Source of the DNA: Paraspadella gotoi
Taxonomy: Eukaryota > Animalia > Chaetognatha
Assembly: GCA_051294375.1 (NCBI GenBank)
Contig: CM119263.1
Location: forward strand, 30,192,224 to 30,256,223
Length of the DNA: 64,000 nucleotides
Direction: 5' to 3'
Shown here: positions 1 to 11,500 of the stretch, in pieces
Numbering within the stretch: position 1 is the stretch's first letter
Layout of the letters: every line of letters begins with the position of its first letter
Program-made: the position numbers and the translations under genes
The notes under the pieces: model-generated
The model's input: only the letters and a program-made list of their open reading frames with translations
The model's database searches: none
Told to the model about the DNA's origin: nothing

Positions 1-482
1 GAGAGAGAGAGAGAGAGAGAGAGAGAGTCCTTCAATATTTTGTCTTTCACATCGCTGTCGCGCTAACTTGTATCACGAAATGAGAGAGAGAGATAAAAGG
101 TTGTTTGTTTGTATATTTGTTGAGAATCGGAATTAAATGGATTAAATTTAGCTAAATTTTTGATTAATTCGACCGATAGTAAAAAAAGTAGCGACGTTTA
201 AAAGTTGTTTACTTTTACATTTTTCTAATTTATAAGTACTTTTCTAATTGATTTTTTTTTTAATTTACAGAATAGCAGCAGCGTCACCGTTCGGTTTATC
301 AGCAAAATCAGACTCCCACCTTACACCCCTCACACACCCTCTTCCTCCCTCTCCTCTCCCCTGAACTTCCTCCCTCTCTCCCCTCCTCTTCTTCCCTCTT
401 TCCCTCTCTCCCCTCCTCTTCCTCCCTCTCTCCCCTCCTCTTCCTCCCTCTCTCCCTCTCTCCCCTCCTTCTCCTTTCCCAG

Positions 483-773
483 GTTTTTCCCTTCGATCTC
501 GCAAATCGCTCGTCGTCGTCGTCGTCGTCGTCGTCTTCGTCTTTCTCGAGATTTTCTTCGTCGTCGTCGGGAATTTGTTCGCCGCTAGATGGTTCGTCTC
601 TCTCGCGCCGATGATACCATCGCTGAGATCGAGTGAGTGTCTTTGTCTCTGTTTGTCTGTCTCTTTCTCTCTCTCTCTCCTCTTTAACCCGAATTGTCTC
701 TCTTCCCCCCTCTCCCTCCCTCTCTCTCTCTCCCTCTCTCTTCCCCTCTCTCCCTCCCTCTATCTCTCCCTCT

Positions 774-804
<31 letters not shown>

Positions 805-1956
805 ATTCTCACTCTCTCTCTCACTCTCTCTCTCTCTCACAGCTCCCCCTGCTTTCGTTCCCGATTTCATTTGGCCCGATCCGCTCGACACTTTGATTCC
901 CTTTCGATCGTCCAGCATGAGATCCAAAATTTGGGTCACCTGCGTAGAAGAGGTAAGAATTTCGGCCTTATTTACCCAGAAAGCCCCGGTTTATCCGTTT
1001 AGAGATGAAACAGACAGACTGACCGACGGTCTGATAGAAAGAGACGGACACTCAGATCGAATAAACTTTAGTTTTATAAATCCCAGGATTTTTACTTGAC
1101 CGGTCCTCGGCCCAGAAACTCTCCTCCTCTGCCCGACAATTTTCCGCCCTTCGACCCTTATCCCGACCCGGCCGATTCTCTGCCTCCTTTGCCCGACCCT
1201 TGGATCGATGAATCACCATCTGCGCCCGATCCTTACCTTTTCCCAGATCCCGCTGATTCCTTATCCGATCGGCCCGACTCACCCGACGACAACGATTTCC
1301 CTGACCATTATTTTCCGCCGGACGGAGATCGCGAACCTTTTCCCAACACGGATCACCCCTTGCCCGACGATGCCGAAGATTTTCCTCCTTTGTCCGACTC
1401 TCCCGAGCCTTTCCCACCTTTGTCCGACTCCGCCAATCCTTTTTCAAATTATTTCCCTCCTCTGCCCGACGCCCCTCGCCCTCTCAACTCCTCCTCCGAC
1501 TCCACGGCTTCGAACGGCAGACCCTCGAGCGTCCCGACCACTCGAGGCTACGTCTCATTCTCCGATTTCCTCGCGAGTCTCGACGAAGACGAACTTACTT
1601 TGAACTTACCCGATCCTTACGTCTACGGTTTCGGAGGCCCCGACCCTTTCGAGGAGGAAAACAAACCCACCCCGGCCACTTCGTTCCTCCGGCGGCCGCG
1701 ATGTCTGGCTCCAGCGGTCGGTCACATTTACGGAGTCTTCTTCATCGGGTCCATCGTCAGTTTGGGATATTCGCTGGTGATGGTGATGTTGAGGTTGACG
1801 GTTTGGAGGGATAATGATGGAGAGAGGGAGGAGGGGGTGGAGGAAGGAGGGAGGGAAGAAGGGAAGGAAGGAAGGAGAGGGGAAGAAGAGAGAGCGGAGG
1901 AAGGAGGGAGGAGGAAGGGGAGAGAAGGGAACGGGAGAGAATGGAAGAGGGAATAG
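483..1956 (+). CDS. 5'-partial spliced gene, unknown Pro-rich protein with two hydrophobic (TM-like) segments
   Basis: Phase-compatible GT-AG exons 483-632, 843-951 and 1087-1956. Hydrophobic stretches SLVVVVVVVVFVFLEIFFVVVG and IYGVFFIGSIVSLGYSLVMVML flank a Pro/Asp-rich linker. The frame may continue through the low-complexity purine tract into the Glu-rich ORF ending at 2856. Confidence 0.5.
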
Positions 1957-2926
1957 AGGAAGAAGAAGAGAGAATGAAGGAAAGGGAGAGGGGGAAGGGG
2001 AGGAGGAGGAAAGAGGGAGGGAGGAAAGAGACGAGGAAGGAGGGAGGAGAGAGGAAGGGAAGAGAGTGGAGGAAAGAGGGAGAAGGGAAAAGGAGGAGGA
2101 AAGTAGACTGTTGGAAGGAGACGGAGAAAAAGGAGGGAAAATAGAGATAGGAGGAAAATCAATGGAAGAGGAGGTGGGAGAAGGAAAGAGAGAGGACAAG
2201 GAAAAGAATTATAGAAAAGAAGGGGAGAGGGAGGAAGAGGAAAGGGAGGAAGAGGAGAGGGAGGAAGGAGAGGAGGAAGAGGAGATGGAGGAGGAGGAAA
2301 GGGAGGAAGAGGGGAGGGGGAAAGAGGAGAGGGAGGAAGAGGAGAGGAAAAAGAGGAGGAGGAAGAGGAGAGGGAGGAAGAGGAGAAGGAGGAAGAGGAT
2401 TGGGAGGAAGAGAAATCTGTCATTAAAGGAAAGAAAAGTAAAAATGAGTTGAGTGATGATAAAACTAAAGAAGAAATGATAAGTGAAAAATCATTTATTG
2501 GGGAAAGAAATGATATGATAGATGATGATGATGATATGAGAGAGGAAGGAAGGGATGAGATTACAGAGAAGAGAAATGAAGTGAGGAGTGATAGAGAGGA
2601 AATAAAAGAGAAAGAAGTTAATATAAAAATGGAAGAGCATGAAGAGACAGAGAGAGAGTCAAATGAAACTAATGAGATGAAGAGAAATGGGATAGAGATG
2701 GAGAAAAAAGGGATAGAGATGGAGAGAGAAGAAAGGAATGAAGTAAAAGACGAATTTATGTCAGGGGTACAGATGGAGGAAGATGGTGAGACAGATAAGA
2801 GAAACAGATGGGCTGATCTGAGGCAGATGTTGAAAGAAAATAAAAATAAACAATAATTATATTTGTATTAATTTATTTAATAATCTGACTTTTTAAATCA
2901 TATCCAGGATGATATGCCGTCCAGCG

Positions 2927-3070
2927 AAAAGTTATCCTTTCATTTAATAAATAAGCTGTCTTGCCCCTGACTTTGGACAGGCTTTGGTGGTTTAAGGCCT
3001 CCATCACTCTTACAAGATAATGACATAGCAGGTTTCTGCAAGCTTTCAATCAAGACTCTCTCAAGAGTCT
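2927..3070 (+). mobile_element. Partial copy of dispersed MITE-like repeat family
   Basis: Near-identical to 50240-50380 (catttaataaataagct.tcttgcccctgactttggacaggctttggtggtttaaggcct...). Confidence 0.75.
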
Positions 3071-3202
3071 TTTTCAAGATTTTCTGTGATAACGTATTTT
3101 AATTGTTATGGTATTGCATTATATTGTATTATGCCGAGTAAAATCCTACCAGATTAAAATATTGTTAAAGGATCAAACTTTGTTTTAATTTTCTCGATAT
3201 TA

Positions 3203-4710
3203 TATTAGATTAGATTTATTCAAGAAGGACGGGCCGGGGGTAGGCCATGGGTCGCAGTTACAAATAATCACAGACAGGTTTACAATTTAATCACAGCATA
3301 ACGAAAACAATAGTTTCTAAATCCGTATCTTTTACTGGAGTCTGTAATTGAATCTTTTCATAACTCTTTTCAAATACAAACAGTATCCTATACAAAGAGA
3401 ACATGGTTAAATCTTAAGTTTTAGAACAGAACAAAGATTTTTACAAAGGATAATTATTAGGTACTTCACTTAAAAATTCAAAGGGACATATTGCCCTTCT
3501 GCTTACCCTAAAATCATTCATGTTTTCAATATATTTAGGTAAAAGGGGCGTTTTTTCAATCAAACCTCGCATTTGTAAATGTGCCCTCTTAATTATTCTA
3601 ATACGCAATGGTTCTAAACCCAAATAATCCAAAACTAAGAAATTTGACATTGATCTTGGTACATTAGATATACTTTTTAAAAATCTAAACTCAACTGTCT
3701 CTAATTTATTCCATAGAGAGTTAGAAATAGTACAAAAACAGCACATGCTATACTCTAACAGTGAAATAACGAATACCTTATAAAGTTCTAACATAATTTT
3801 ACTACTCAGATATTTGTATTTAAATCGTAATTTGGACAATACTCCACATCTCTGTATCATACGTTTACATAAATTATTAATGTGAATATTCCATTTTAAT
3901 TTACTATCGAAGGTAACCCCTAAAAAAATTGCTTCCTGGACAATCCCAATTTTAACCCCAAATAATTCTAAGTCCAGACTACCGAACAACGCTCTTCGTC
4001 TCCTTGAAAAAATAATTAACTGACATTTATCTGGAGCTAATTTGAGGCGCCATTTACTGCACCACCTCTGGATTGCATCCATTGTCCTCTTCATTTCAAA
4101 TTGGCACAACTCCAAGGACACTTCTGTAACCCAGTTTGCCGTATCATCCGCAAATTGACTATTCTCTACTATCTTTGGAACCTTATTGGTGATGTCGAAT
4201 ACGTAAATAGAGAAGAGGTCCGGTGATATAATTCCTCCTTGCGGACAACCACAAGACATGTAAATTTTTCTTGAGTTACAATCTCCGATCCTAACTGTAA
4301 CAAATCTATTTGTAAGATACGAGTCAATTAGTCGAATGAGACTGTCCGGAAAACCCAGTTCCTTCATCTTTATAATCAAACCATCATGCCAAACTCTGTT
4401 AAAGGCATCTTCCACATCATGAAAGATTGCAACTGTTATTTTATCTTTTTGAAACCCTCTCGTAATATCTTCCGACAATCTAATCAAGTGTTCCTGAGTG
4501 GATCGACCTCGACAGAAACCTGCTTGAATAGGGTTTTTTATATTTTTGATATCCATATGCTTCAAGATTGAATCCCGGATAAAGTGTTCGTATAATTTAC
4601 CGACGCAGCTCAAGAGACTAATTGGTCGAAATCCTTTCACGGAGTCTTGCGGTTTCCCCTTTTTCGGAATCATATTTATGACGGCATTTCTCCATTTCTT
4701 AGGGAAATCT
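3203..4710 (-). mobile_element. 5'-truncated non-LTR retrotransposon (LINE), RT region plus 3' UTR
   Basis: Contains the RT ORF. On the minus strand the 3' end has AATAAA (3215-3220) followed by a short (TCTAA)n tail. No endonuclease domain or ORF1 is present. Confidence 0.8.
3441..4673 (-). CDS. Non-LTR-type reverse transcriptase domain, uninterrupted
   Basis: Motifs FPKKWRNA..IPKKGK, FRPISLLS, QAGFCRGRST, FHDVEDAFNRVWH, GCPQGGIISP.LFSIY, QFADD and FLGVTFDSKLKW. Homology extends ~12 codons upstream of the ATG, to ~4708. Confidence 0.92.
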   Translation of the reverse strand: MIPKKGKPQDSVKGFRPISLLSCVGKLYEHFIRDSILKHMDIKNIKNPIQAGFCRGRSTQEHLIRLSEDITRGFQKDKITVAIFHDVEDAFNRVWHDGLIIKMKELGFPDSLIRLIDSYLTNRFVTVRIGDCNSRKIYMSCGCPQGGIISPDLFSIYVFDITNKVPKIVENSQFADDTANWVTEVSLELCQFEMKRTMDAIQRWCSKWRLKLAPDKCQLIIFSRRRRALFGSLDLELFGVKIGIVQEAIFLGVTFDSKLKWNIHINNLCKRMIQRCGVLSKLRFKYKYLSSKIMLELYKVFVISLLEYSMCCFCTISNSLWNKLETVEFRFLKSISNVPRSMSNFLVLDYLGLEPLRIRIIKRAHLQMRGLIEKTPLLPKYIENMNDFRVSRRAICPFEFLSEVPNNYPL

Positions 4711-5022
4711 GCAAAAGATAATCTTTTGTTTTTATTTTAATTTCCTTGTTTATGTCCAGAGGTCGCTCTTTGCAAAGAAACCGAGTCTTCCAGCTGAATT
4801 GAGTTTCGCTTTGAATATTAAACTGATTCCATATTTCGATTTTCGATTCTCTTGTGGAACTCGTGGCTTCGTCTCTCTCTCTCTCTCAATATTTCTCTGT
4901 CTCTCTCGCTCTCGCTTTCAACATTACTGATTATTTAGCATGCGTTTCGTGATACACGTTACAAACTTTTAGAATGTATATCAAAATTTTTGGTTTGCTA
5001 ATTTGAATCGATTTTTATTACT

Positions 5023-5090
<68 letters not shown>

Positions 5091-5526
5091 GCCTGCCTGT
5101 ATTTCTCTCTCTCTCTGTCTCTCTTTTTTTCTTTTTTTTTTTTTGAATTCTTTTCTCACAGTTTTGATGTTAAACGTTCGTATCTTTAAATACAATGTCC
5201 GAAATTAATTTATTAAAATTCTGATGATATAATGATGATTGTATTAGCAGTAATAACGATAATATTAATTAAAGAAATGAAAATTGTCGATCTCAACTAT
5301 TAATTATGCTCTTTTTTTTGTAGATGTTTTCAGACGTCTGGTCCCAATTATTTCATCTGTAAAGATAGCTACGTTTTTAAGAAAACAAAAATAATCAGTA
5401 ATTACCGTAAGATTAACAACAAATAGAAACTCGTGGCGAAAAACTTGGACTATTTAATGTTAACAAAATTTAATGTTAACAAACGTAAACAAATAAAAGG
5501 ATCGATCGATCGGAAAATAAAAAAAA

Positions 5527-8500
5527 ATGAACGTCGCTCGATCTCCTGTGAGAAAAAAACGACGATGGATCGAAGAAGAGGAAGAGGAAGAGGAAGAGGA
5601 AACTCTTTCTAATTGCGTCTTCAAGAAAGAATCGGATCGAGTCTATGACCCTGTTGCAGATGTTGGGACGGGAAGCGATGAAAATCTCCGCAAAATCGCT
5701 AAAACGAATCGTACGGATATTGGGATGGATGGACTCATTGGCGATGACGCGGGTCAGAAGAGAGAGACGGACGAATGGATCGAACATGGGATTAAATTGT
5801 GGAACGTGATGAATTTAAAGTGCGAGGACGGCGGCGGCGGTGGCGGCAGAGGCGGCTGCGGCAGCGGCGGCAGCGCCAGCGTCAAAAATGAAGAAATTTA
5901 TGAGGAAATAATTGATTTAACGACGGAAACTGAAGATGAATCTCAGATTGAAAATAACTGGTACAAAATTGAGAAATATGAAGCAGACAACTTCGTTACT
6001 GAGGATCAAATTGTCGACTTGACTGGAAGCGAAAGTGAAATGGAAAATGAAGAAGATGATGATAATGAAGAAGAAATGAAACCAGAGACCAAAATACAAA
6101 GAAATTCACCCGTGAAAAAAAATGTAAATGTTGAAATGGACACGTCTCGGATAACAAGACGTATAAACGTCGACATGAACGGCATCTCAATTGAAGAAAT
6201 GAATCCAGAGACCGAAATACATAGAAATTCACTGGTAAAAAAAAATTTTAACGTTGAAATGGACACTTCTCGGATAACAAGACGTAGAAACGTGAACTTT
6301 AACGACATCTCAGATGATGATGATTTTAGCTCAATGACAAGAGGCATACTGCAAATTCCCAATGAAAGCGAAATGAGATTTATTTTTTGCATAATATCCA
6401 GCATTAAACAATTTTCCGCGAGAACGGCAAGAATTCTATGTAATTATGAACCTCACTTGGAAGAAATTAAATACAATGGGATTCGATTACCAGTTGATTC
6501 ATTAAAAAAAATCGAGAGAATTGAAGATATGAACGGTGCCTTTTTTTCCCTTTACATTTATCAGTGCAAAAAAATTGACAAAAAAGAATACCAACTTTGT
6601 CCCTATTACATTTCAAAAAAAAATAATACTCATGAAGTTTTTTTGTGGTTGGTTAACGAACAAAAATCGCAGTACAAGGTGATTAAGTGTCTCTCTATAT
6701 TCATGAGAAACTTTTTTATCCCAAAAGGTAGAAGAAAATATTATTGTCCAAAATGTGTGTCTCAGTTCAACAAATCTGTTTTAAAAGATTCTCATCAAAG
6801 AGAATGTCGTAAAGAATTCAAGAGCATTAAATTTTTCTTGAAACCCAAAAAAAAGCACCATATTCGTGAAATTCATAAAAACATTATAATGGGAAGAAGT
6901 AGTGGTAATTCCCCCAATGATGGTGAAATTCAAATTGATGACAAAATGAATAATAAAACTAATGATGATGACAAAATGGAAGATCAAGCTAACAAAAAAT
7001 TTGATATAGATATTGAATCAGATGAAAATGAGACAATTGAGTCTGAAGAGCAAATACAAGATAACAAGAAACTGGATAATAAAGGAGAAAAAGAAGAAAC
7101 AAACCGTAATAAAAATATTTATACTGATTTAAATAATGAAGTAATGATCAAAGCAAAAGACAGGCAAAGAAGGGCGAAGCACACAGATGAATCAATTGAA
7201 AATTCAAAACAATGCGTTGATGTGGATAATAGAATGGTTGAAAATGTTGAAGGAGAAAATCAAATGAATTCAAATGAAAAACATTTTTCTAATCAAGTGG
7301 AAAAAAATTTGAAAAAAGAAAATGAAATGGAAAACGGCAATAATCTGAATGAATTAGATGAAGAATTTAATTCAAGCCATGATCAAGGTAATGTAATTAA
7401 TCAAGATGAGGAAAGCAAGAAAGAGAATGATGAAATACCATTAAAACAAGAAAATGAAGCAAAATCTTCAATTGGATTACAACCAGATGGCGATCATGTC
7501 TTTGGAAACAGTGCAGATGACTTCTCTGACATAAAGTCAACTGAAATAAAACTATCCAATAATGATCAAAAAAGTTCAAGCAAAGATGACAACTCAGGAC
7601 ACCTTTATTTTAATAAGGTCATTGTCAAAGAAAAACCCGATTTTGTTTTGCATCATTATGAAGCCGCATTGGGACAAATATGTCAAAGTTACTACTTTAT
7701 TCCTCAACAGGAATTGAGTGATTATGTGGAGTTGCTCAAGAAAGCAAGGCCATTATTCTGCGATATTGTTTCGGCCAATCTTAAGAGGCACAAATCACTC
7801 AAGTTAGTAATTCAAGTGAAGATGACATTTTTTGCTGAAGATAATAAAAACAAAAACAACAAGACTGATGAAAATTATCTTTTTAATTATGAGCCAACGC
7901 TTGCTCCACTAACCATTGCCTACTCTAGCAATGTTAGCAAGTCGGTAAACTACTTGTTTGACCAAATATTTGTGAAAATTGAAGAGATCCTGACACTGAA
8001 ATCTGACTTAGTCTACTTTTTTACTAATTTTTTGAAGCTGAACGTTATCCAATTTATGAGCATCAGCGCAGGAAGTCAAGCAAAACTCCCGACCATAATT
8101 GCTATGAAACGTGCTACAATCAATGTACCTGATGAGAGAAATATGTGCTTGGTTTACTGCATCATTGCAAGCATTTTTAATATCTCTGGTTCCTCTTCAA
8201 TACGTTTTAAATCATATACTCCATATTTGAGCAAAATAAATTTTAATGGTATAAAATTTCCCATAACATCCATAGCTTCAATTAAAAATATTGAGAAAAT
8301 AAATGATAAGTTGTTTTCCATTTATATTTATGCATATAGGCTAACCAAAAAAGGATGTGAATTTTACCCTTATTATGTTTCTGATATAAATGAGGCTCGA
8401 CATGAAGTGTATTTGTTGTTAGTCGGTGAAGAAAATTCACATTTTGTTGTAATAAAAAGTTTACAACGGCTCATGAAAGGTATTGCTAGTAAAAGTACCA

Positions 8501-11500
8501 CTTCTAAATTCTTTTGTCCCAAGTGCCTTCATCATTTTGGAAAACGAGTCTTGAGAGATTCTCATAAAGCAACATGTAACAAGGCATTAAAGAATCAATT
8601 AACTCTTCCGCCAAGAAGCACCTCAATAACATTTAATAATCATAAGCATCTTAGTAGAAATAGTTTTTTTATATGTTCACAAGGAGAAGCTTCATACCGA
8701 ATAACCAGAACTGGAGTTCAATGTTCAAAACCTGAGAGTCAAACGAAAAAGTATTCTTGGGTCAAATACCGTTATGAAGAAATTCACTGTCGGAAGTGTG
8801 AACGATGTACTGATGACTTACCCTGCGGGGATTTAATGAAAAAAAGCAACCTGTTCTGTAGTTTGGATCTGTCGGCCTTTGCCTACAACATCATTGCTAC
8901 TCACGATGAAAATATTAGTATTCCACTAAGATCATACCGCGCCCAGAGTGAGCATGAGGTTAATGATCAAGTGGTAAAGCAAAAGTTTTTAGACTTTTTA
9001 TGTGACGACGCGATTTTTCTCAAAGATTTGATGAAGAAAACACCTGGGGAGTCAATGACCAAGGAAATGGCTGAAGCGACGCAATGTTCCTTGTGCAAAG
9101 TAAAGTTTCCTCTGAACAAGTCGGATCCTTTGTTTCACAAACACAGAAAATGCATTTATCAGATTAATTCCCAAACTGAGTCTAGTGACATTGCAAACGA
9201 CAAGGTTCCTTCAAGATATACCTCCGTTTGTTTTTCTTGCAGCTCGTCTCTCAAGGAACGAAGGAAGACTCCTGTCTATTTTAATCAAGACTCAGTAAAC
9301 TTGTGTCATTTAGTTATCAGCTGTGCGGGATCATTTCCTGAATATATTAAAAGACTTTACATATTTGGCGAGCATGACGAAAAAAGTAAGTCGGTTTCTT
9401 TGCTGCTCAATTGCGTTGATTGCAGGAGATTGAAAAAAGAGAATATGGAAAAAGATAAAGCAGTAATTGTCAGTAGCACCAAAGATAGTACGGAAGATCA
9501 AAATAAGTCGCCAAGATTGGATGAGAATGAGCCAAGTCTCAGTCAAGAAACTGACAAAGTGGATCTTGACTCAATGACGAATGCATCTGACAATGATGAT
9601 GATGATTATGATGACAATGATGATGAAGTTGATGCCTCTGAGGATGATATTGATGGCAATGAATCAGATTCCAACAAAGGGGGAAAAAGGGAAAAATGTT
9701 ACATCAATAATGAGAGGCAAAAATCTTGCGCGTCTTGTAAGAAAATGATTGGTTTCAAGTTCATTAATTCTCGCAGTTTCCTAAATCTGAGCTTGGAGAA
9801 AATGGCCGAATCTTTGGGATCAAACTTTAGCCCAGTCACGTGCAAAGAATGTGGAGAGAACATGGAGAAGCAAAAACATTGTGGTCGGTGTTTGCAGAAA
9901 TGTAAAGCAACATTCAATCAGACTTTTCAGTACCTCTCAGAATGTAAAGAGGCGACACTGTTTCCCAAGAACATAAAGAAAAGCCAATTAATTCACGATT
10001 ACGCGAGTCAACTCAGACACTGGAATGAGAGGCAATTCCCGAGTTACAAACAATTATATTCTGCAACAGATCAAAAATCTGCAATAGAATACAATGAAGC
10101 TATTTCGCTCTACAATCGATTGAACTGCCAGAACATTGGCGAATTTGTACTGCATCGATTAAGATTGGACGCAACTTTGTTAACCGATGTGATGATAAAC
10201 TTTCGAAACATTCTCTTCGATAATTTTGGTCTCGACATCATGGGCTATGGGAACATCAAAGATTTTGTTTATGATGCTGCAAAAAAAGTATGCAATCTAC
10301 AGATGGATTTTTCGCCATCGGTGGAGATGCACGAGGAGTTTCTAGATGGAATAAAAGGTAGATTTTCTAACATCTCTCACAAATTCTTTGCCAGCAATGA
10401 CGAGGCCATCCCACCAATACCAAGAGAGTACGCCGCTCTCACTGACAGCCTTATTAGCATTGGTGAGAGAACTTACAAATATAAACATCAGGTTCCTTCT
10501 CAGCAAACTCCTGGTTTAAGATCCTGTGAGAAGGACAACACTGAGACGTGGTCAGGTTTCTTTGACAGTTGCTTCAATCGGTGTAACCTTTTATCCTTGA
10601 GCATCAACGATTTTTATTCTTTCATCATGAAAAATTATCCACTTCCTTACAAAGATTTTCGATACTTGGAAGGAGACGAATTGAAAAAATTGAGCGAGGA
10701 ATTTTTCACTCAGCAGGGAAAAAATATCCAGAACTTTGGAGAAGATGGATTTTTATTGACTGTGGATCTTGAGTATCCACCTGAAATCCAGGAAGAACTG
10801 GAAGCTTTTCCTCTTCTGCTGGAGAAGAGAAAAGTTAAAAGAGAAGAACTCTCTCTCTTCACGAAAAGTCAATTGCAGGAAACGGATGCAGAACCGGGCG
10901 ACGCTGAAAGACTAATTGCCGATTTTAAGCCTAAGACGAAGTATCAAATTCATTTCGTTTATTTGAAGTTTGTGCTGAGCAAAGGTGTGCGCTTGTTAAA
11001 AATTCATTCGGCGATAGCGTTCAAGCAAAAGGTTTTGTTTCGTGATTTTTTCAAACTGACTTTTGAGTTGAGAGAGAAAAGTCGAACAGATCTTTTTTCA
11101 TACAGTATATATGAAACACTATTGGATTCTTTATTGGCGAAACTGTTAGAAAGTGAGCACGACAAGTTTCAGTACACTTATGTCTCCCAACGAAGAAAGG
11201 CTTTCAAGTTTATCAGCGACTATTCATTTCTCGATTGCGCCGTCTTGTCCCCAAAAAGCTTGATTGTAAAGTCATTTGCCGGCAAAGTACCTATGAAAAA
11301 ACCAGTGTACCTGGCAAACGTCATAATGGATTTGGCCAAGTGTTTTTTGGTCCATAAAGTCCATGATTCTATTTTGTCAGCTTTTAAAATAGATGGGACC
11401 AAAAATTGTTTTGTCTTTTCCGCGGAATCAGATTCCGTTGGCGTCGCCTGTTTCTATGATTCCCGAATCCAAGGAAACGATTACTTCTATAAAAAGATGG

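Noticed and set aside
483-951. Wntless/TMEM181-like N-terminus
   Set aside because: Only a vague resemblance in the first hydrophobic helix; downstream sequence does not fit.
1606-2452. Overlapping S/L/P- or E/R/G-rich ORFs here and at other (GA)n tracts
   Set aside because: Artefacts of low-complexity sequence that lacks stop codons.
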